DNA from: a virus
Taxonomy: Duplodnaviria; Caudoviricetes
IMG/VR virus record: IMGVR_UViG_3300032281_000336
Location: 1-38,621 of that record
Direction: 5' to 3' (one strand)
DNA: 38,621 bases
Part shown: positions 7,016 through 17,007 of the stretch, piece by piece
Layout: each line of letters begins with the position of its first letter
Position numbering within the stretch: the first letter of the stretch is position 1
The notes under the pieces: generated by a model
What the model was told of the DNA's origin: nothing
The model's database searches: none
Seen by the model: only the letters and a program-made list of their open reading frames with translations
Translations under genes and position numbers: made by a program

Positions 7016-7039
7016 GAACCGCCTTGTGTTTTATTGAGC

Positions 7040-7264
7040 CTAGTGTTTGGCTCTGTTGTACTTTATAGAAGTAATGCGTAAATTGCCGTGGGAGTTGTTC
7101 ATAGGGTTTCCGTCTTTATGGTCTACATCCTTGCCCTTAAGCTTTGATTTACCATGCTTACGAATCATTAACCTACGGGCAGAGTTGCGTTTAGCCCGGT
7201 GCTTAATTTGCAAGGAATTTCCGTGGTACTCCCTGTATTCTTTCTTGTAATCCCGTGCTTTCAT
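7040..7264 (-). CDS. Small HNH endonuclease-like protein
   Basis: RDYKKEY...GKDVDHKDGNPMNNSHGNLR...NR. Confidence 0.8.
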   Translation of the reverse strand: MKARDYKKEYREYHGNSLQIKHRAKRNSARRLMIRKHGKSKLKGKDVDHKDGNPMNNSHGNLRITSIKYNRAKH

Positions 7265-7539
7265 AATCCAACAGCCTTATCTACTTGGTCGGGTGCTGGC
7301 AAGCTGAAAGTCTTGGCTGGAGCCTCTATTAGCTGTTGCTCCTCAAAAGGCAATACCATAGCTAGTTTCTGAAGAGGGGAGCCTCGCAAGGCAACTGCAT
7401 CAATTCCGTTATCTCTTAAGAACTGCCTAGCTCCGTTAAGGTCGGCTGGAGTTGCATCACCCATCTTTACCCTTCGTAGAAACTCATTGGCAAGCTCAAC
7501 GTGAAGCTCCTCCATAATCTTTGAAACTTCGACACTCAT
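7261..7539 (-). CDS. terS: Terminase small subunit (T7 gp18-like)
   Basis: ADLNGARQFLRDNGI motif; position before terL. Confidence 0.85.
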   Translation of the reverse strand: MSVEVSKIMEELHVELANEFLRRVKMGDATPADLNGARQFLRDNGIDAVALRGSPLQKLAMVLPFEEQQLIEAPAKTFSLPAPDQVDKAVGL

Positions 7540-7745
7540 AGTTTGCTTTTAAAATAATCCCATGCCCAGTTCAACCCAAATACCAGCACTCCAAATGCAC
7601 CCATAGCTTTCATTTGAGAGCCTTCTAGCTTATGTAAACGAGTGTCGTGCTTTTCAAAAGTGTACTTAAACTCGTCTTGATTAGCTAAAATAGAGTCAAT
7701 CTTGCCCTCTATTCTGCCTATATCACGCTGTAGTTCTTCGCTCAT
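7536..7745 (-). CDS. Coiled-coil protein with C-terminal TM helix (holin-like), at the T7 gp17.5 position
   Basis: MSEELQRDIGRIEGKIDSIL...AMGAFGVLVFGLNWAW; ATGA overlap with the fibre stop favours start 7745. Confidence 0.6.
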   Translation of the reverse strand: MSEELQRDIGRIEGKIDSILANQDEFKYTFEKHDTRLHKLEGSQMKAMGAFGVLVFGLNWAWDYFKSKL

Positions 7746-9874
7746 TGTATTCGTTCTATTAAAAGGTCTACTATTGAGTCGTTCCATGTATTAGGGTATG
7801 CACCTCCCAGATTGCCTGTCCAAGCAGGAGGAATATAAAAGTCATCGGGGTAAGATTCCATTCCGTATCCAAAACCACAAGGTATGTTAGTAGGAGGAGC
7901 TTGCTGATTTACATCGTGGTAATAATATTGAACAGGAAAATTTACAGTAGTTCCTGCTTGAAGAGTAAAAATTGTTGTGGCAGAAAAAGTTCTATAAGAA
8001 TACTTGTCGGGAGTATTAGTATAAGCATTTGTAAAAATGATTGATATTACTGATTTTGGGGTTGTGTAAGGACTTCCTTGAAAGGAATAAGAATCTGAAA
8101 TAGGTTTAATATACAAACTTGCACCAACTCTAGCGGTAGTAGCAAAACCAGTTAATGTTATTAAAAATTTTTTTTCAGTATTATTACCAGAATTATTAAA
8201 TACAATTTCTCCCGAGGTAGCCAAAGGAACTATTGGCGTTCCAACTAAACTAATTTCTGGATTCTCATTATAGACAACATAATTAAATGGTATATTAGCA
8301 ATCTGTTTGAAAAAAAATGTAGGATACTTACTTGTACCACTATTAACATAATCACTTCCGTATTGAGTACCTCTTCTTCCCTGCCATTTCATTAATGTTC
8401 TTCCAAATTTATTTCCAAGTAAATTGGGATTTTTAGCTTGAATTTTATAAGCATAATGTCCGTCATTAACACCCGTAGTAAAAAAAGTTAATTCTGGAAT
8501 AGTGCCAGTAAATTGATTTAACGTGGATGGTAAGATAGTTGTATTTGGGTCACTTTTTACTGACCCAGAAGCAAGAGTTAGAGTACCTGCGTTTACTTCA
8601 TTAGATTCATTAAGAGTTAAAATTTGCTTTTTATACAAATTATTAGCGTTAATTGTTGCATTAAAAGCGTTTATTGTGCCAGCGGTTGTATTTATTGTTG
8701 AATGAGTAGAACCCAGAGTAGATGGGTCATAAGTAATACCAGAATTTTGAAGTTTAGAGGCTGGGATACTATTATTAAGAATAACACTACCGCCGATTAA
8801 AGTTTCATTGGCTAATTTAGCTGAAGTAATTGTTCCATCTAAAATTTTATCTGCTGTAACAGAATTAGCACCCAGCTTAGTATTTGTAACTGCTCCTGTA
8901 GCTATTTTAGCTTCTAGTACTGCACCATCATTTATAGCAACAGTAGTAACAGCACTAGCACCTAATTTTGCTGAAGTTACTGCTCCTGTAGCTATTTTTA
9001 CTCCTATTACAGAATTACTACCTAATTTGTCACTTGTTACTGCTCCTGTGTTTATTTTTTGATTTGTTACAGCACCAAACCTAATAGTTGCTGTACTTAC
9101 AGCTTCTTCTCCTACTACTTTTCTTAAAAGCGTTTCTGTAATTGAATCGTCAGCTATTACAGGAGCACTTCCACCATTTAGTGTTAAGCCATCTACATAA
9201 GCCTTATTAACGGCATCAGAAGCAAGCGCAGGTGTAGGAACATTTTGAATAGTGCCACCTTGAAGAAATACTCTAGGTGTGGCAACTCCGTCTCCAGATG
9301 TTTTAACTTGAAGCCTACTAACTTGAAGTAATTCACCTACATTAGAAAAATTTAAAGTGCCAGTTAAAGTATCACCAGTTTTATCTACCTTTAAATTAAG
9401 TTTTGAAGCTAAATCAATAGTGTTTACTGAATCAATTCCTTCAAGAGCTTCTTCTGAATTATATAGACTTTGTAAAAGAATAGCATTTAAATCAGAAGCT
9501 TGAATTGGACTACCATTAGAAAAATAAGTGCTATTGGTAGTTGCTGTTCTTCTATAAATTGTAATACTAAATTCTTGAAAACCTGTTCCACTAATTGCAT
9601 TTAAAGGTCTAACTGGTGAAAATTTAATTTTGTCTACACCATTTTCAAAAACAATCGAATAATACCCAAAAGGGTAGCTTGTTTCTCCATTTACTAAATT
9701 AGTATTCCAAGTTGCTATCGGTACATAAATCCATTGTAAAACAGCTTCATTAGCTGTATTTATCGACCTTACTTTTATATCTTCAGCATTTAAGAATTTA
9801 AATGGGATTGTGTACTCGGTAAGGTCTGTGTCATTTGTCGAGTTAGCTGTAAAAGAAACGTAGGTATTAGGCAC
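7742..9874 (-). CDS. Tail fibre protein (T7 gp17-like N-terminus)
   Basis: YTIPFKFL...ITIYRRT...FSNGSPIQASDLN adaptor domain, DAVNKAYVD motif, 10-aa repeats, beta-rich C-terminus. Confidence 0.9.
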   Translation of the reverse strand: MPNTYVSFTANSTNDTDLTEYTIPFKFLNAEDIKVRSINTANEAVLQWIYVPIATWNTNLVNGETSYPFGYYSIVFENGVDKIKFSPVRPLNAISGTGFQEFSITIYRRTATTNSTYFSNGSPIQASDLNAILLQSLYNSEEALEGIDSVNTIDLASKLNLKVDKTGDTLTGTLNFSNVGELLQVSRLQVKTSGDGVATPRVFLQGGTIQNVPTPALASDAVNKAYVDGLTLNGGSAPVIADDSITETLLRKVVGEEAVSTATIRFGAVTNQKINTGAVTSDKLGSNSVIGVKIATGAVTSAKLGASAVTTVAINDGAVLEAKIATGAVTNTKLGANSVTADKILDGTITSAKLANETLIGGSVILNNSIPASKLQNSGITYDPSTLGSTHSTINTTAGTINAFNATINANNLYKKQILTLNESNEVNAGTLTLASGSVKSDPNTTILPSTLNQFTGTIPELTFFTTGVNDGHYAYKIQAKNPNLLGNKFGRTLMKWQGRRGTQYGSDYVNSGTSKYPTFFFKQIANIPFNYVVYNENPEISLVGTPIVPLATSGEIVFNNSGNNTEKKFLITLTGFATTARVGASLYIKPISDSYSFQGSPYTTPKSVISIIFTNAYTNTPDKYSYRTFSATTIFTLQAGTTVNFPVQYYYHDVNQQAPPTNIPCGFGYGMESYPDDFYIPPAWTGNLGGAYPNTWNDSIVDLLIERIQ
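8810..9110 (-). repeat. Coding 30-nt/10-aa tandem repeats (AVTxxK[IL]xx[GN]) in the fibre shaft
   Basis: About 10 consecutive units, e.g. AVTNQKINTG, AVTSDKLGSN, AVTSAKLGAS, AVTNTKLGAN. Confidence 0.85.
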
Positions 9875-9877
9875 GGC

Positions 9878-12800
9878 TTAAACTCCTTGTAAGGACTCAA
9901 TCAAGCCTTCAACACTTCTACCAGACCTTCTTCCTTCCTTAATCTGTTCAACAACTCGAAGTTGCTGTCTAACCTTGGGAAGTTCACGTTGTAGCTGAAG
10001 CCTAGCCTGTTGGCGATACTTGTTGACCACCTTCTTGATTTCAGAAATCCTTGGAGAATCATCAACAGAGTAAAGCCGATCTTCTGGCAACCTCTGGTAT
10101 TGGTTGCTTTTGATTAGCTTGTCTAGGCTTTGGCGTAGCGTCTTGCCAGCTAGTTTAACTTGCCCAGTAAGTTCCATGTAGCGGTCGTAAGCGGTCTGTC
10201 CGTTCTCCATAGAATAGTCTAGCAGTTCAAGCCCGTTAAGTTTTGTGCTGGGATTACGGAAGCCGTGTTGGAGCCTAGAAAGCTCGTTTATAACTGCGTC
10301 ATTCTTGTCTTTAGATACCGCAGTAGGAACAAGGTAATCGACAATAGAGGGTGAGTTGCGGGTGATCTTTTCGCCCAGCATATTACGCTTGCTCTCTACA
10401 GCGTTGGCTCCGGGGATTCTAGCAAGAATAGCGTCACCGATGCTACGGACTTCGGCCAGCTCTTCGTTATTAAACAAGGGAGCCAAACCACCGATTGCAG
10501 AAGGAACCATAGCTCCAACCTTTATTTGTACAAACTTCTCCATAAACCTGTCTGGTTGTGAGATTGCTTCGTCAAACTGCTTAAGAGAGGCTAGGTAGGT
10601 CTTGTTGGTTACGTTCTTGGCGAAAGCAATACCGATAGCAGTAGCAAACATCTGTAACCCGTCTTGCCTGTGGTTCTCACTTAGCTGGCTCATCTTGTCC
10701 ACAAAATCAGCCGTAAGGCCAAGGAAGCTGGCAAAGGGGTCTAGCTTGGCGTAGGAAATGTAAGTATCACCATTAGGGGTTGGGATGCGGAAAGAGTTAG
10801 GTTGCCAACCAGTTTGAGTAAGAAGGTTAAGTTCCTCTGGGTCTCTGGGGCCAGAACCAGTAATTGCACCAGAGCCAGCGGTCATCAACGCACCCACAGA
10901 AAGCAGGTTACCCATAATGATTCTGCCCTCTGCCGATGCCATTCTAGCTGGGTCTCCAGAAGCCATGTCGTTAATAAGTTGCTTATGAAACCCTTTAATG
11001 CCGGGGATATTGGTCGTAATGCTTGGAAACAGCCTTTGACCCACCATCTTCATTAGGTTCATAGGCGTATTAACAAAAGGAAGTGCAACAAGGCGAACCA
11101 AAGGAGAAGAACTAGCAATATTACTCACTAACTGCGAAAAGCCTTTTTCATAGGTCTTGCCGTCAGCACTTAACACTCCCTGCCGTGTAAATGTAGCCTC
11201 TTGGCTAAAGTCTTTAGCAAGGCTTTCAATCCTAGAAAGTTTAGGTTGATACTCTGAAACCATATTGTTTTCTAGGTCTGCGATGTCAAACTTGTTCAGC
11301 CCCCTAGCCTTACCGATACGCTGGGCTTGTTGACGGATTGCCAGCTCGCTGTTTAATGCTCCTTCTTGCGTTACCAGCTTGGCTAGTCCTTCTTCAACAT
11401 AAGCAACAATCTGAGCAGGGTCTTTAATTCCTTTTTCAATAGCTTCACCATGAAGGTAGGCAGAAGCAGACGCACGAACATGAAGCTGTTTAAAGCCTTC
11501 GTCCACCGCTTGCATGAACCTAGTCGGGCTGGTCAGCAACACATCAATACCATTTAGAGCCTTGGCAAGCATGGGGGCGTTGGTTTCGAGATACTTCACG
11601 CCACCCAAAACCTGTTGTTTACCTGCTTCGGCAACCGAGCTTTGAGAACCAATAAAGCTTTGTCCTTCTTTGAGCGACTTTACAAACCAGTTACGGGCTT
11701 CCCCAGCTAGACGATTGTAATAGCCAATTACTCGGAGGGAGTTTTTAGACTCAGCTAGGTCACCCCTAAACAAAGCTCCTGTTGCACGTTCTAAAGGCAA
11801 ATAGAGGCTTGTAAGGCTGTTGCTGGCAAACTGAATAGTGGCAAAGGTACTGACCTTGCTCAACATAGCGTTGATTGTGTAGGTAGCCAGCCTGTCCAAG
11901 CCAGTACGAGTGCCGTCTACAAGCTTTGTAAATGCAACCTCGTTATCCCCGGCCAGTTTGATCTTCATAGCCAAATCCTCAAGTCTCCTTAAACCTCCCT
12001 TTGAGTTGACAGCTCCCATCAAGGCTTGGGCATCCTTACCAATAAACTCTCTTCCAGAACCTAGAATCTCTTCTACGGCTTGTGCTGTGTTGTCTTTCCT
12101 AAACACACGCAACGTCCTAGATGCACCAGCACCAATTTGTTTGATATATCCAGACATAGCTTTCTGGGCTTCTAAAATCTGAAGGAAACTACGAGCAGAG
12201 GGAGGAAGTTCACCAGCTAGAGCCTTGGCTGTGCCAGCAAAACCCTTAAATTTAGGCATTTCAGCCAGAAACTCATCAACAGCGTTCTTTGAAGCGGTAT
12301 GGAATAAGGTGTTGGCTACCTTGTAAGCCTCTGTAAGCACGGGCAACTGGCTTGCAAACTGGGCAGACGATCTAGCACCTCCCAAAATGGTCTCAAAACC
12401 ACGGGCATCTAGGGTTTCTTTGAGGTAGTTTAACCCCTTTTCAGCCCTAACTGCATCTGGTAGCACCCCGCCCTTGCGGTTCTTAAGGAATCCTTCAAAA
12501 GCTGAAGCAAAAGAACCAAACCATTCTTCAGCATCCTTGCCAGTTTTAAGGTTCTTGATGCTTGTGATAATCTCTGGGGCTTCACGGGCAATATCTTCAC
12601 CCACTAGCTCTCCATTACCCGACAAGTAAACATTAAATAGCTTTCCTAGCTGGGCTTCACTAATAGGAGCAGAAGTCACAGGTACAGGGACAGCATTAGC
12701 ACCTAGTTCCCTGTCTGGACGAGCACCCTTCTTCATGTTTGGTTGCATTTCGGTAGCCAAGGCAGGAACAGCTTTAGCTTGGGCTAGGGCATCCTCTTCA

Positions 12801-13522
12801 GAGGTACGCAGAATGTTGATTGACCCTTGGATTGAGGGGTCTTTCTTAAGAGCCTCTACAACTTCCTTGGCTGATTTACCAGCCAGCTTCATTTTGTTGG
12901 CCGTAAACAAGGCTTTAGCAGAACCCATGAATAGTTCTGTTGCACCACCAAGAAGAACCCCCTCTGAAGCCGATTTTAGTCGTGCAACGAACTCGCTGTC
13001 TGAATCGCTCTGGGCCAAAAGGTCAGCGAAAGGAATACCCGCTTCTTCAGCGATGTTTGAGAGCCGTTTGGTATGCTCATCAAAGAAGGCAAAGTCTGTA
13101 ACAGCACCAGCAATCGTTCCCCGTGCAAACTTATTGGAAAGCACCGAGCCAACTGCATCAGCCATCGCAACCCCTTTTAATGCTTTAGTGGCAGTAGCAA
13201 TCTTCCCCAGTACACCCACAGCAGGGAGGAAGCCCACAGCAAAGTTACCAATGCCTTCAGCAAGCTCCTCGCCTCCAGTCTGGCTTTCACCAAACACATT
13301 CAAGAAATTGTCATCAATCTTACCAAAAGAGGCTACTTGAGCGATTTCACCGATGCCTTTAGCCCCGCCCCTCAAGAAAGCCGTTCCAATTCTGTTAGCT
13401 GTTCCTAGAACACCCTCTTCTGCATCTGGGGCGGGAGCCATAGGTACTTGAGGCTCTGTTGCACCCATAGGGGGTACTGGTGCATTTAGGGAGGGCAGTT
13501 CGTCAAATGAAGGTAGAGCCAT
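9878..13522 (-). CDS. Large internal virion/ejection protein (gp16 position)
   Basis: 1214 aa, helical, Ala/Gly-rich; ITGSGP...GWQPNS...YISYAKLDPF pattern; synteny. Confidence 0.8.
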   Translation of the reverse strand: MALPSFDELPSLNAPVPPMGATEPQVPMAPAPDAEEGVLGTANRIGTAFLRGGAKGIGEIAQVASFGKIDDNFLNVFGESQTGGEELAEGIGNFAVGFLPAVGVLGKIATATKALKGVAMADAVGSVLSNKFARGTIAGAVTDFAFFDEHTKRLSNIAEEAGIPFADLLAQSDSDSEFVARLKSASEGVLLGGATELFMGSAKALFTANKMKLAGKSAKEVVEALKKDPSIQGSINILRTSEEDALAQAKAVPALATEMQPNMKKGARPDRELGANAVPVPVTSAPISEAQLGKLFNVYLSGNGELVGEDIAREAPEIITSIKNLKTGKDAEEWFGSFASAFEGFLKNRKGGVLPDAVRAEKGLNYLKETLDARGFETILGGARSSAQFASQLPVLTEAYKVANTLFHTASKNAVDEFLAEMPKFKGFAGTAKALAGELPPSARSFLQILEAQKAMSGYIKQIGAGASRTLRVFRKDNTAQAVEEILGSGREFIGKDAQALMGAVNSKGGLRRLEDLAMKIKLAGDNEVAFTKLVDGTRTGLDRLATYTINAMLSKVSTFATIQFASNSLTSLYLPLERATGALFRGDLAESKNSLRVIGYYNRLAGEARNWFVKSLKEGQSFIGSQSSVAEAGKQQVLGGVKYLETNAPMLAKALNGIDVLLTSPTRFMQAVDEGFKQLHVRASASAYLHGEAIEKGIKDPAQIVAYVEEGLAKLVTQEGALNSELAIRQQAQRIGKARGLNKFDIADLENNMVSEYQPKLSRIESLAKDFSQEATFTRQGVLSADGKTYEKGFSQLVSNIASSSPLVRLVALPFVNTPMNLMKMVGQRLFPSITTNIPGIKGFHKQLINDMASGDPARMASAEGRIIMGNLLSVGALMTAGSGAITGSGPRDPEELNLLTQTGWQPNSFRIPTPNGDTYISYAKLDPFASFLGLTADFVDKMSQLSENHRQDGLQMFATAIGIAFAKNVTNKTYLASLKQFDEAISQPDRFMEKFVQIKVGAMVPSAIGGLAPLFNNEELAEVRSIGDAILARIPGANAVESKRNMLGEKITRNSPSIVDYLVPTAVSKDKNDAVINELSRLQHGFRNPSTKLNGLELLDYSMENGQTAYDRYMELTGQVKLAGKTLRQSLDKLIKSNQYQRLPEDRLYSVDDSPRISEIKKVVNKYRQQARLQLQRELPKVRQQLRVVEQIKEGRRSGRSVEGLIESLQGV

Positions 13523-13523
13523 A

Positions 13524-15863
13524 TTATTTTCCTAGTAGCTGTAGCTTGAGTTTTTGGTTACTCATAAACGCTATTAAAGCATCTTCGTCTTTTATCCCAT
13601 ATAAGTCAACCAAAGTCTGAATATAATACCCTTGGGCAGAACCCTCGAAAGTAGTGAATCCGTTAGCGTCCGTCTTGATTGCGTTCTTATAGTCGTCATG
13701 GGCTTTTTTGGCTTCAGCACTAGACTTGAAGAATAGTGTAGAATCAGTAGACAGGGTCTTAGGGTCAAACTTAATACCATCAGACGTAACACCGCTGGAA
13801 AGCTCGGTAGACGAGAAGCCCATACGACTTTTAATCTTTAGGTAGTCTGCATTGTACTTTTCCATCTGTTCTGGGGTAAATGTGTAAAATTCAGAGTTGC
13901 GGTCATCGCCAAACATATCAGCAACTTCAACCCCACCAGCATTAATAAGCTTAGAAAGCTGGGTCAAATAGTTTTGTGATTTATTAGCCATGAATTGCTT
14001 CAGTTCCCCCTGTTCCCTTAAAGCCTGTTCTGGCCTAAACTCTGGAATCTTTGTGCCTTGGGCGGTTACATCTAGCTGGTTCTGTAGCTGTTCTAAGCGG
14101 TTCCACCTAGACAAGAGTACTTCATTAGGATTTGGGTTTGTGTTAGGGAACACAAGAGAAGCAAGTTTCCACTCGGCTACTGGGTTTACTTTAGGGTCTT
14201 GAGCACCAGTTTTAATTTCATTTTTTAAACGAGGGCTTAAGTACGCCTGTGTTTCCAGAGCTTTTTGATTCTGCACCTTAAACAAGTCGTTTTTAGTTTT
14301 CTCTGTAATTTTAGGAAGCTCTTGACGCAATAACTTATTGACTTCTGTGTTAGGCATCGCTGGGTCAAGACTCTCAATAAATGAGGCCACGTTAGAATCA
14401 AAAACAGCCCTAGAGTTAAGAACAAATACTTCTTGTTCAGATTCCGTCATAGAATCAAACATTGTATTTGTTTTAAAGCCGTCAGACAAAAGCTTATAAT
14501 AAGAATTAGAAGCGGGGCTGTTAATTAACTGCAAGTTGTCGTTGGCTTTTGTAAAAGCTTGTTTTAGCTGTTGACTAGCTTCCCAAGAAATAGTTTTACC
14601 TTCAGCATCACTAACAAACTGAATTGCTTCGTCTGGATTTGTTTTTGCCAGCTCGTAAGCGTAATTAACTGCTTGTTGTTGATCTGGAGCAGAAACCTGT
14701 GCCATTTTTTCTCTAGTTGTCTGTGTAACACTAGCAAGATCGGCATTAGGATTAGTTTTCCTTACCTCGGCTACAATGCTAGGAACAATAGCGTCATCTA
14801 ATAGATTTGCCCCAGAATCCACAAACTTTTTGATATTAGAATCAATCTCTACATTAGCTCTAAAGTTCTCCCTACGTTGATTACGTTCCCAGTTACGCTC
14901 TTCCTTATCCAAGGATGAATCAATAATATTCTGAAGGTCATCAACTACTGGTGTCAATATTTCGCCAAAAGAAGCTGTGCTTCCATCTCTTCGAGTAATA
15001 ACCATAGTAGTAATCTCATCCAGCACTTGCCCTGCTTTATCTGGGTCGTCTTTAGCAATAGACCTAATTGCATTACCAACGTCCCTAGCTGTTAAGGCAT
15101 TTACATTAGGAGCATATTGCGACCTGTTGTTGTAAAGTTCCCTCAAGCTAGTTAGAGCATTGGCTTTATCCTCTGGGGTTATCGCTAGTTTTAATGAAGA
15201 AATTGTTTTGGTGATAGCTAGAGCATCTTTTTCTTCAGTTACAATTTGAGTGAATTTAGCCTTCTCTCCAATAACAGCGTTTTTAAAGCTTTGTTCAGCT
15301 TGGTTAGCTTCAGAAAGAAAGCCCTGCTGTGCATAGAAGTTTTCCCCTACCTGTTCCGCAAACTTCTGACGCTCTTGAGCGATAAGCTGATCTTCAGTAA
15401 TCTTTGAATAAGGGCTGTTTACTTCATCCCTACGCTTTAGAAGAGCTTCACGATATTCTTGCCCAGCAATCTTTCCCGTGGTCTCATAAAGACCCAAACG
15501 CATATAAGGGTTGGCTCCGGGGTCAATCAAGCCCTGCTCTGAAGCTTTCTTAAAGCCTAGCTTTGTGATCTGTCTAGCTTTAGCCATGTCCTCCATAGCC
15601 ATTTGCTGACCCTGTTCTAAATTCTCTTTATTTGAAATTCGTGTATATACCGAACCCAAGCTAAAAAGATTTTGGTTAAAAAAACCTAAAGAATTAGCAA
15701 TCTGGCCTAGTTCGCTCTGTTCTGGTCTAAGTGGCCTAACAGCTTCCGCTGGAGCCGTGGCTTTAGGAGTGGCTACTTGAACAACTGGAGCAGGAGCAGG
15801 GATGTTAGGGGCAGGTAGTCGCCCTACACTTACACCCCGCCTATTGACTAATTCTACAGCCAT
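13524..15863 (-). CDS. Internal virion protein (gp15 position)
   Basis: 779 aa, helical, Gln/Ala-rich; synteny between gp14-like and gp16-like genes. Confidence 0.7.
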   Translation of the reverse strand: MAVELVNRRGVSVGRLPAPNIPAPAPVVQVATPKATAPAEAVRPLRPEQSELGQIANSLGFFNQNLFSLGSVYTRISNKENLEQGQQMAMEDMAKARQITKLGFKKASEQGLIDPGANPYMRLGLYETTGKIAGQEYREALLKRRDEVNSPYSKITEDQLIAQERQKFAEQVGENFYAQQGFLSEANQAEQSFKNAVIGEKAKFTQIVTEEKDALAITKTISSLKLAITPEDKANALTSLRELYNNRSQYAPNVNALTARDVGNAIRSIAKDDPDKAGQVLDEITTMVITRRDGSTASFGEILTPVVDDLQNIIDSSLDKEERNWERNQRRENFRANVEIDSNIKKFVDSGANLLDDAIVPSIVAEVRKTNPNADLASVTQTTREKMAQVSAPDQQQAVNYAYELAKTNPDEAIQFVSDAEGKTISWEASQQLKQAFTKANDNLQLINSPASNSYYKLLSDGFKTNTMFDSMTESEQEVFVLNSRAVFDSNVASFIESLDPAMPNTEVNKLLRQELPKITEKTKNDLFKVQNQKALETQAYLSPRLKNEIKTGAQDPKVNPVAEWKLASLVFPNTNPNPNEVLLSRWNRLEQLQNQLDVTAQGTKIPEFRPEQALREQGELKQFMANKSQNYLTQLSKLINAGGVEVADMFGDDRNSEFYTFTPEQMEKYNADYLKIKSRMGFSSTELSSGVTSDGIKFDPKTLSTDSTLFFKSSAEAKKAHDDYKNAIKTDANGFTTFEGSAQGYYIQTLVDLYGIKDEDALIAFMSNQKLKLQLLGK

Positions 15864-15866
15864 AAA

Positions 15867-16499
15867 TTAAGGAATTGCCAGTACTGATTTTGACTTATTT
15901 CGGTCTGGATTCATGCCACCACCATAGTCTAAATAAGCTCCATAAGCACCGACACCCTTACCAAGCAATTCAAGACCAAGGGCAGTACCGCTAGGACGAG
16001 CAATAGGTTGTGATGTAATAGGTCTGTTCATTTCAGCCATAGTAAAGGCAGAGGCCATTCTATTTTGACGAAGTTGTTCGTTGTAAAACGCATCTTTATT
16101 CTGTTGCTCCCTCAAGATGCCCTCTTGGTAGCCTAGCTCTTGGCGGGTAAAGTCAGCTAATAGTGCGTCAACTGAAAGGCCACTAACACCTGCTTCTCCA
16201 GTCTGCACTAAAGCGGTTGCCTGTGCTGACCTAAACTCTTTAGAAGCTTGTCCCTGTTGTCTGGCAAGAGCCTGTTGTTCTTGAAGTTGTCTAGCCCTTA
16301 CAGCATTACTTTCCGCTTGAAATCTTTCGCCTTCTAATTGAATAAGTCTATTTTGATATTCTTGTTGCTGTCTAATTGCATCGCTTTGGGCTTGAGCTTG
16401 CTGATTAGCAAAGTCACTTTGAGACTGATACTGGGCAACGCTCTGGGCAATCCCAACAGCTAGGCCGACACCTGCAAAAGCTAAAGCTGGACTACACAT
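15867..16499 (-). CDS. Internal virion protein (gp14-like)
   Basis: MCSP start, hydrophobic N-terminus, Gln-rich coil, GEAGVSGLSVDALL motif. Confidence 0.8.
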   Translation of the reverse strand: MCSPALAFAGVGLAVGIAQSVAQYQSQSDFANQQAQAQSDAIRQQQEYQNRLIQLEGERFQAESNAVRARQLQEQQALARQQGQASKEFRSAQATALVQTGEAGVSGLSVDALLADFTRQELGYQEGILREQQNKDAFYNEQLRQNRMASAFTMAEMNRPITSQPIARPSGTALGLELLGKGVGAYGAYLDYGGGMNPDRNKSKSVLAIP

Positions 16500-17007
16500 T
16501 ATTTTTTATCCTCACAAACTCGTAAAAGGTTTCTCCATTTATACCAAAGTTTTCTTTTTTGCTTATAATTGAAAAGCCCAACCAACGCAACCACTTAATG
16601 TGTAGGGTGTTCTTTTCGTGTATAAAGTTAAATAAAACTGGCTTTAATTCAAGCAAATAGTTAAGCCACTCTTTAGAAGCCTTTAGAAAGGTATGTTTTA
16701 TTTGTAACACCTTGTCAGTACCCATCATCCACACAACTCCTACATCCTTTTGGGGGCATAAACCGAACAAACCAATAGGTTCCCCGTATACGCAAATGGT
16801 ATAACAAGGGTTACTTAACCACACACTAGTCATTAGAGCAACATCTGGCTTGGCTGGGGAGTTAGCTTTAAGTTCTCTAAGGTCTGCTTTGCGAAGTCTT
16901 GGGGCTATATACTTTACGTCTGGCAACAAGGTCTTTCTGACAACAACCCCATTAGAATAACTAGCCAATACGTTTTGATCTTGCACTATACAGAGCCTCC
17001 CACTCAA
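16492..17007 (-). CDS. gp13-like GNAT-fold protein
   Basis: LRKADLRE...GVVWMMGT...NFIHEKNTLHIKWLRWLGF; start codon uncertain. Confidence 0.8.
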   Translation of the reverse strand: MSGRLCIVQDQNVLASYSNGVVVRKTLLPDVKYIAPRLRKADLRELKANSPAKPDVALMTSVWLSNPCYTICVYGEPIGLFGLCPQKDVGVVWMMGTDKVLQIKHTFLKASKEWLNYLLELKPVLFNFIHEKNTLHIKWLRWLGFSIISKKENFGINGETFYEFVRIKNNV

